DNA of 21,186 nt. It comes from an uncultured virus (IMG/VR IMGVR_UViG_3300029288_000009). Its lineage: Duplodnaviria > Heunggongvirae > Uroviricota > Caudoviricetes. Shown here in pieces: positions 17,168 through 21,186 of this stretch. A program made the translations under genes and the position numbers. How positions within the stretch are numbered: position 1 is the stretch's first letter; each line of letters starts with the position of its first letter. Under the pieces are notes generated by a model that was not told where the DNA came from, made no database searches, and saw only the letters and a program-made list of their open reading frames with translations. The stretch spans positions 62,001 through 83,186 of the IMG/VR virus record IMGVR_UViG_3300029288_000009, one strand, 5' to 3'.

Positions 17168-17815
17168 ATGGCAGAAGACAAGACAAAGACGATGATAAAG
17201 AACATGAAGCAGATTTTCATGGATGAAAGCTGCTTCGGGAAGTTGGAAGCGCCTTGGAAGCGCGCGCTGCTCGGATTCAAGAAGTTGTCACAAGATTCAA
17301 ACGTGACAATCTTCACGACGCCGGACACGCTCAAGGCATTGGAAGCGATGTTGGACAAGCACTTCGGAAGGAACGTCGAGAAGGAGTTCTACGACTCCGT
17401 GGAAGTGTTAAACGCGGATGGTTCGCAGAAGCTTGACAAGGATGGGCGCCCGGTGTTCGAGCGAAAGAAGCGCATGGAGAAGGTTCGCGAGCTTGAAGTT
17501 GCTCCAGTTTACAAGGTGGAGTACACCGATAACGGAAAGATTGGTTTCTTGAATACCGTTCTCAAGGCGATGTCGTGGGATACATGGGTTCTCGATACCA
17601 AGAAGAATGTTATTGCCGGTCTGTTCGGTATGAAGGACTACAATTCCATCGTGGAGTTCAAGCGGCAATTAAACTCCGGTTTCATGATGGAAGCCTTCTT
17701 GATAGCAGACACGAACGACTGGCAGAACGTCGTCAAGGTGGACGAGGCCGATCTTCGCGAGGTCAAGCCCACGGCAGATGTCAAGAAGTTAACGACAAAA
17801 TCGGTTATAACGTGA
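17168..17815 (+). CDS. Hypothetical protein, possibly a divergent PIN-fold (ATG 17168 preferred over the TTG at 17159)
   Basis: The ORF is solid by packing and codon usage. There is a weak PIN-like pattern: IFMDES...IFTTPDTLKAL...WDTWVL...FLIADTND. Confidence 0.5.
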   Translation: MAEDKTKTMIKNMKQIFMDESCFGKLEAPWKRALLGFKKLSQDSNVTIFTTPDTLKALEAMLDKHFGRNVEKEFYDSVEVLNADGSQKLDKDGRPVFERKKRMEKVRELEVAPVYKVEYTDNGKIGFLNTVLKAMSWDTWVLDTKKNVIAGLFGMKDYNSIVEFKRQLNSGFMMEAFLIADTNDWQNVVKVDEADLREVKPTADVKKLTTKSVIT

Positions 17816-17826
17816 TCTTTTTTTCA
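17816..17826 (+). terminator. Possible archaeal oligo-T terminator
   Basis: A T7 run (17818-17824) follows the TGA of the upstream gene, with no hairpin. Confidence 0.35.
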
Positions 17827-17846
17827 CCTATACTTTCGTGGTCGAG

Positions 17847-18770
17847 ATGGATTTTCACCCTTTTAATCGCAAGGAATTGGGCGACAAAATCACTCTTTCA
17901 ATAACCATTGGACGCGCTGTTGCATTGACCGGTGGTATAGGAGTAGGCAAGACGTTTCTCGCGCGAGCCGCGATGGACCATATCAAATGCAACGCGATAG
18001 AGTTCGACGCGAATTTTCCGATACAAGAAGCCAGGATTCCTAAACAAGCCTTCAGCTTCGGTAAAAGTTATGGCGTTCTGATAGAAGGAATGGAAAACGC
18101 AATTGCTGATACTTACAAGATGATAAAGAAGCACGTGTTTAAAGACACTTCAAAAAATGGAGATGGTTTGTGGTATGAATCGAGGTTTCCCACCATCTTT
18201 TGCATCTCCAGCAAGTCTAAATTCAAGTTCGGAGAAAAATACTGCGATTTTATAGAAGTACCACCGCTTTCACGAGAAGATATCATCGACGTGTTATCCA
18301 GCATAAACAAGAAAGATTTTGCTCCGGATATCTTGTATGTGATAGCGGATTCTTGTAAAGGAGATATACGGAAAGCGATAAACGCCATGCAAATAGGCCG
18401 GATAGAGGAGACTGGTAAATACGATAAACTTTCCGACATGGTTAAGGTGTTTCTTGGTTGCGACCCGGAAGATCGAATATCGGTGCTTGCCGATAATAAG
18501 GTTGGAGAGTATGGCGGGGTTGGACTGGAGTACCTCATATCACTTGTATCAAGGAACATTAAAGGCTCCGCTGCTGAAGTTAAAAGCGACATGAAAATAC
18601 TCGACAATGCTTCTCGCTTGAAGTACGTTAACGCGGAAGCTGCGAAGTTAATGCTATGCGGTCTAAACCAAAACCGCGTGAGATTTTTAAAGTGGCCTAA
18701 GAAGAAGGTGGATAAGAATGAACCCGGACACGATAATGCAAAAACTAACATGGCTGTCGAAGAGGATTAA
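17847..18770 (+). CDS. rfcL: Replication factor C large subunit-like clamp-loader ATPase (start 17838 GTG or 17847 ATG)
   Basis: Walker A GGIGVGKT, 'IEFDAN' (cf. IELNAS), degenerate Walker B 'VLIEGME', 'SRFPTIFCI' (cf. PIILIAN), and sensor-2 'CKGDIRKAINAMQ'. Confidence 0.75.
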   Translation: MDFHPFNRKELGDKITLSITIGRAVALTGGIGVGKTFLARAAMDHIKCNAIEFDANFPIQEARIPKQAFSFGKSYGVLIEGMENAIADTYKMIKKHVFKDTSKNGDGLWYESRFPTIFCISSKSKFKFGEKYCDFIEVPPLSREDIIDVLSSINKKDFAPDILYVIADSCKGDIRKAINAMQIGRIEETGKYDKLSDMVKVFLGCDPEDRISVLADNKVGEYGGVGLEYLISLVSRNIKGSAAEVKSDMKILDNASRLKYVNAEAAKLMLCGLNQNRVRFLKWPKKKVDKNEPGHDNAKTNMAVEED

Positions 18771-19317
18771 CCTCCGCGACAAGAAGATGTTATCCCTCGC
18801 CTATAACCTACTCGACAAGGCGAAAGCGGATGGATACATCAAGGATGCCCAGTTATTCCAGATAGTCCACGCCTATGTCTCGGCGGCCAAGCTAATGGGA
18901 TTACACGTTAACTTGTTTCAGTTAAAGAAGATAACCAAGGTTCAAATTGGATTAACTGGATTAGAGTTATACATTAAAACAATAGCGCCTTTACTGAACA
19001 TCCAGCGAGCTAACTTCTCTTTGCTCGAATACGGGAAGCGGAAGTTAAATCGACACGTGTTAAGCATTCCAGCTTGTGAGATGTTCGTGGATGCACTACA
19101 AGGTATAGAGAAGGATTTATCGAAGGTCGTGAATAATGGGAACATGGATAGATACCTCGGGTCGCTGCTGTACGTGGTCACGAGGACGCTAAACGTCCCG
19201 CCTTCCTTCGCCGCCGTGTGTCGGATGTTCCACGTGAGCGAGGTAAAAATGCGGGCGGTGATGCCGGTGATAAACGAGATGTTAAACAAGAAGAAGGAGA
19301 ACGAGAGCAATGAGTGA
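18718..19317 (+). CDS. TFB/TFIIB core-like protein (two cyclin folds, no Zn ribbon)
   Basis: Repeat 1 is 'LSKRINL...LAYNLLDKAKADGYIK...IVHAYVSAAKLMGLHVNLFQL'. Repeat 2 is 'GNMDRYLGSLLYVVTRTLNVPPSFAAVCRMFHVSEVKMR', paralleling TFB 'G.SP..LAAAALY......TQ.EVA....VTEVTVR'. Confidence 0.7.
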   Translation: MNPDTIMQKLTWLSKRINLRDKKMLSLAYNLLDKAKADGYIKDAQLFQIVHAYVSAAKLMGLHVNLFQLKKITKVQIGLTGLELYIKTIAPLLNIQRANFSLLEYGKRKLNRHVLSIPACEMFVDALQGIEKDLSKVVNNGNMDRYLGSLLYVVTRTLNVPPSFAAVCRMFHVSEVKMRAVMPVINEMLNKKKENESNE

Positions 19318-20233
19318 AACATACGCGCAAAAATACGAGCCTAAATATTATGACGAATTGATAGAATGTGACGAAGTAAAAGAGTTATTCAAATCGAAAA
19401 CAGCAGATGAGATGCTTAACTACGCGTTCACCGGAACACCAGGAACGAGCAAATCATTGATGGCGAAGATAATCGCGAATGATAAGTTTCCACGAAATAA
19501 TCACACGTGGAACATGAGCCTTGAAGGGACTAAAGCGAATATAGAATCAGAGGTGATGTCTTTTTGTAGCGAACCGGCGCTTGGTGGAGCGAAATACAAG
19601 CTGGCGATATTCAGCGAGGCTGATGGAATAACACCGGCAGCTCAGAAGGCTTTGCGCGTCCCGATGGAGGATTTCGCGGACACGATAAAGATAATCATCA
19701 CCGCGAATTATCAATCCAAGATAATCGACGCTCTTCTATCTCGTGGTTGCACGATACGGTTTAATAAACCTTCCTTGAAAGGAATCATCGAGTGGGTTAG
19801 CCGGATTGCTTCCGGAGAGAAGTTGAAAATAACAGAAGCGCAGATACAAGGCGTTGCTAAGGAAGCTGGCGGAGACTTCAGAAAGGCTGCTAATCTTCTC
19901 CAAGGGTGGACCGCGGGAAAGAAGGTGTTCTATAAAGTCAAGACGGAAGTGGATAAGGATATCTCAGATTATCTAAAGGAGATATTAGTACCAGATCTTG
20001 ACAAGTCAATGACCTTAGCCGAGTCAATGCTACTCAAGTATAACGAGCGTGACCTTGTAAATGATATTACCAGGAAGATCGCGACCAGTACATTACCACA
20101 GCTAGTCAAAGCTAATATACTGGTATCTTGTAAAGATCTAGCTCTATCAATAGAACATACTGACTCGTATGTAGCAATACACGGGTTTACTGGAGATCTA
20201 ATTAAATACATAGCTGCGGTGAAGAAGAAGTGA
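19310..20233 (+). CDS. rfcS: Replication factor C small subunit (clamp loader)
   Basis: 'YAQKYEPK' (cf. WVEKYRP), 'FTGTPGTSKS', 'YKLAIFSEADGITPAAQKALRVPME', 'IIITANYQSKIIDALLSRG', 'GGDFRKAANLLQ'. Confidence 0.9.
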   Translation: MSETYAQKYEPKYYDELIECDEVKELFKSKTADEMLNYAFTGTPGTSKSLMAKIIANDKFPRNNHTWNMSLEGTKANIESEVMSFCSEPALGGAKYKLAIFSEADGITPAAQKALRVPMEDFADTIKIIITANYQSKIIDALLSRGCTIRFNKPSLKGIIEWVSRIASGEKLKITEAQIQGVAKEAGGDFRKAANLLQGWTAGKKVFYKVKTEVDKDISDYLKEILVPDLDKSMTLAESMLLKYNERDLVNDITRKIATSTLPQLVKANILVSCKDLALSIEHTDSYVAIHGFTGDLIKYIAAVKKK

Positions 20234-20655
20234 AGATAATAAGAAAGCTTACATACACGGATAAGAGTTATATCAAGCTAGATGATGAATATCCGTTATC
20301 AGCTTATATATACGGAGAAGTTCATAACCTGGATGATGTAGTTAACTTAGATATACTAGCTAGAGATATACTACATAGAAACGGTATAAGATATACTGGA
20401 GATCCAATATTATATCTAAAGAATAGCTATACTTGTAGCTACTGGCCTCAATGTGGTAGATTTATACCGGATAATGACGGTGTTAAAGATAGTAGGAGAG
20501 CTAAAGGTAACAAGTTCATACGGTGTAGTAAATTAACTAGTAAAGGAGTACAAGGTATATTTGATACTACAATGATAGAGTTCGAGAGGAGAGTAGCTAC
20601 AATAACTAGTATTAGTGACTCTAGCAGCTTTAATAATAATATTATAGTTCACTAG
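20230..20655 (+). CDS. Hypothetical protein with atypical TA-rich codon usage
   Basis: 141-aa open frame with a GTGA overlap to the rfcS stop. No family was recognised, and it lies in the CTAG/TA-rich zone. Confidence 0.5.
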   Translation: MKIIRKLTYTDKSYIKLDDEYPLSAYIYGEVHNLDDVVNLDILARDILHRNGIRYTGDPILYLKNSYTCSYWPQCGRFIPDNDGVKDSRRAKGNKFIRCSKLTSKGVQGIFDTTMIEFERRVATITSISDSSSFNNNIIVH

Positions 20656-20745
20656 TAATTACTAGTTATATTAATTATATTTATATAGTATCTTAGCTAC
20701 GGGAGGAGCGAAGCGACGACCCTCCTCTAGTAAGCTCTAGTAAGC
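20630..20745. other. Candidate replication origin (or packaging/terminus signal)
   Basis: An AT-rich tract at 20630-20698 contains the perfect 16-bp palindrome ACTAGTAATTACTAGT (20651-20666). A GGAGG/CCTCC stem (20702-20706/20721-20725) encloses GCGAAGC (20708-20714). CTCTAGTAAG occurs twice in tandem (20725-20744). This overlaps the longest intergenic region in the window. Confidence 0.5.
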
Positions 20746-20771
20746 ACGCTGAAAATCTTCATTCTCTTGTT

Positions 20772-20827
20772 TAGAAAGGTTTAAATATCCATATTGATAT
20801 TCTTCTTTTATCACGAGTTGCGTGATA
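20772..20827 (+). promoter_or_regulatory. Archaeal BRE-TATA promoter with downstream inverted-repeat operator
   Basis: AGAAAGG is followed by TTTAAATA (20780-20787). A perfect IR TATCACG-N5-CGTGATA (20809-20827) covers the expected start site and the GTGA RBS-like motif before ATG 20832. Confidence 0.65.
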
Positions 20828-20831
20828 TCTC

Positions 20832-21047
20832 ATGGGTTTGAAGGATAAAAAAGTCTCCGTGATTCTCGCGGAGCCCGCACAATTCCGAACGCAGACTTCA
20901 CAGTACCAGGCTAAGGTAATGCCAGCCGTGAAGCTTCCAAACGAGTCACCCATCTTTGATCGAGTCAAGAAGGGTGATCCGGTGGAGATGTGGGCTGAAT
21001 TGGACGGAAAGGACTTGATAATCGTAGCGAGGATTGGAATATCATGA
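20832..21047 (+). CDS. Small AbrB/SpoVT/MazE-like (swapped-hairpin) DNA-binding protein
   Basis: 71 aa with 'AVKLP......VKKGDPVEMW..DGKDLII', matching the V.IP...L..GD.V......I.I pattern. It is the first gene after a promoter/operator. Confidence 0.5.
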   Translation: MGLKDKKVSVILAEPAQFRTQTSQYQAKVMPAVKLPNESPIFDRVKKGDPVEMWAELDGKDLIIVARIGIS

Positions 21048-21186
21048 GCAAAAAGACGTTAAACGTCACGGATTGGGGTTTCCTGGATGATCTCGCGGAG
21101 TTCAAGGTTTCCGCGGAGGATCTCAAGAAGATCTTCAATGACGAGGTTGAAGAGATTGTCGAGATAGATCCGGAGATTCCAGAAGA
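21044..21186 (+). CDS. 5' end of an acidic hypothetical protein (partial; MSKKTLNVTDWGFLDDLAEFKVSAEDLKKIFNDEVEEIVEIDPEIPE...)
   Basis: ATGA overlap with the upstream stop. The frame is open to the window end. Confidence 0.65.
   Translation, partial: MSKKTLNVTDWGFLDDLAEFKVSAEDLKKIFNDEVEEIVEIDPEIPE

Larger units (their letters stand above)
1..21186 (+). mobile_element. Segment of an archaeal tailed virus/provirus with contractile tail (Caudoviricetes)
   Basis: Myovirus-type tail/baseplate synteny with archaeal-type RFC, TFB-like and ERCC4 genes and TATA promoters, and tight ATGA/GTGA coupling. No host housekeeping genes, att sites or integrase are visible. Confidence 0.85.

Noticed and set aside
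17159..17815. PCNA sliding clamp (expected next to RFC, similar size)
   Set aside because: No PCNA-like motifs or repeated beta-alpha-beta pattern are recognisable.
20651..20745. CRISPR array or tRNA in the intergenic region
   Set aside because: Only short palindromes and a 10-bp tandem duplication are present, with no repeat-spacer periodicity and no cloverleaf/T-loop motif.
298..20968. Numerous minus-strand and nested ORFs in the six-frame track (e.g. 907-1416, 4242-4766, 15155-15679, 18113-18751, 20771-20968)
   Set aside because: They are shadows of tightly packed, translationally coupled plus-strand genes, with Ser/Phe/Arg-rich antisense composition and no family motifs.

Overview
This is a gene-dense, all-plus-strand segment of what is most likely an archaeal tailed virus or provirus with a contractile (myovirus-type) tail. 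The left 15 kb is a tail/baseplate operon: the end of a probable tail tube gene, a tail assembly chaperone with a hidden +1-frame extension, an unusually short (~200 aa) tape-measure-like protein, a tube-initiator/plug-like protein, a hub, a gp25/DUF2634-like wedge, baseplate J with three inserted repeats, a 2589-aa adhesin/fibre, a wedge-I-like protein and a fibre-attachment-like protein. Three membrane proteins follow. From 16.4 kb comes a replication/transcription module with archaeal-type TATA promoters: an ERCC4/XPF-like nuclease, a possible PIN-fold protein, RFC large, a TFB core lacking the Zn ribbon, and RFC small. It ends in a CTAG/TA-rich, palindrome- and hairpin-bearing origin-like zone and an AbrB-like regulator. 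The most notable observations are (i) the giant adhesin, built as a 'Russian doll' with six ~190-aa homologous beta-sandwich modules, mostly AT-rich, inserted into loops of GC-richer scaffold domains of apparently the same family; (ii) a TTT-CGT +1 frameshift candidate in the tail chaperone; (iii) a viral truncated TFB between two atypical RFC subunits; and (iv) the candidate origin. All family assignments are by-eye motif recognition, not database searches.
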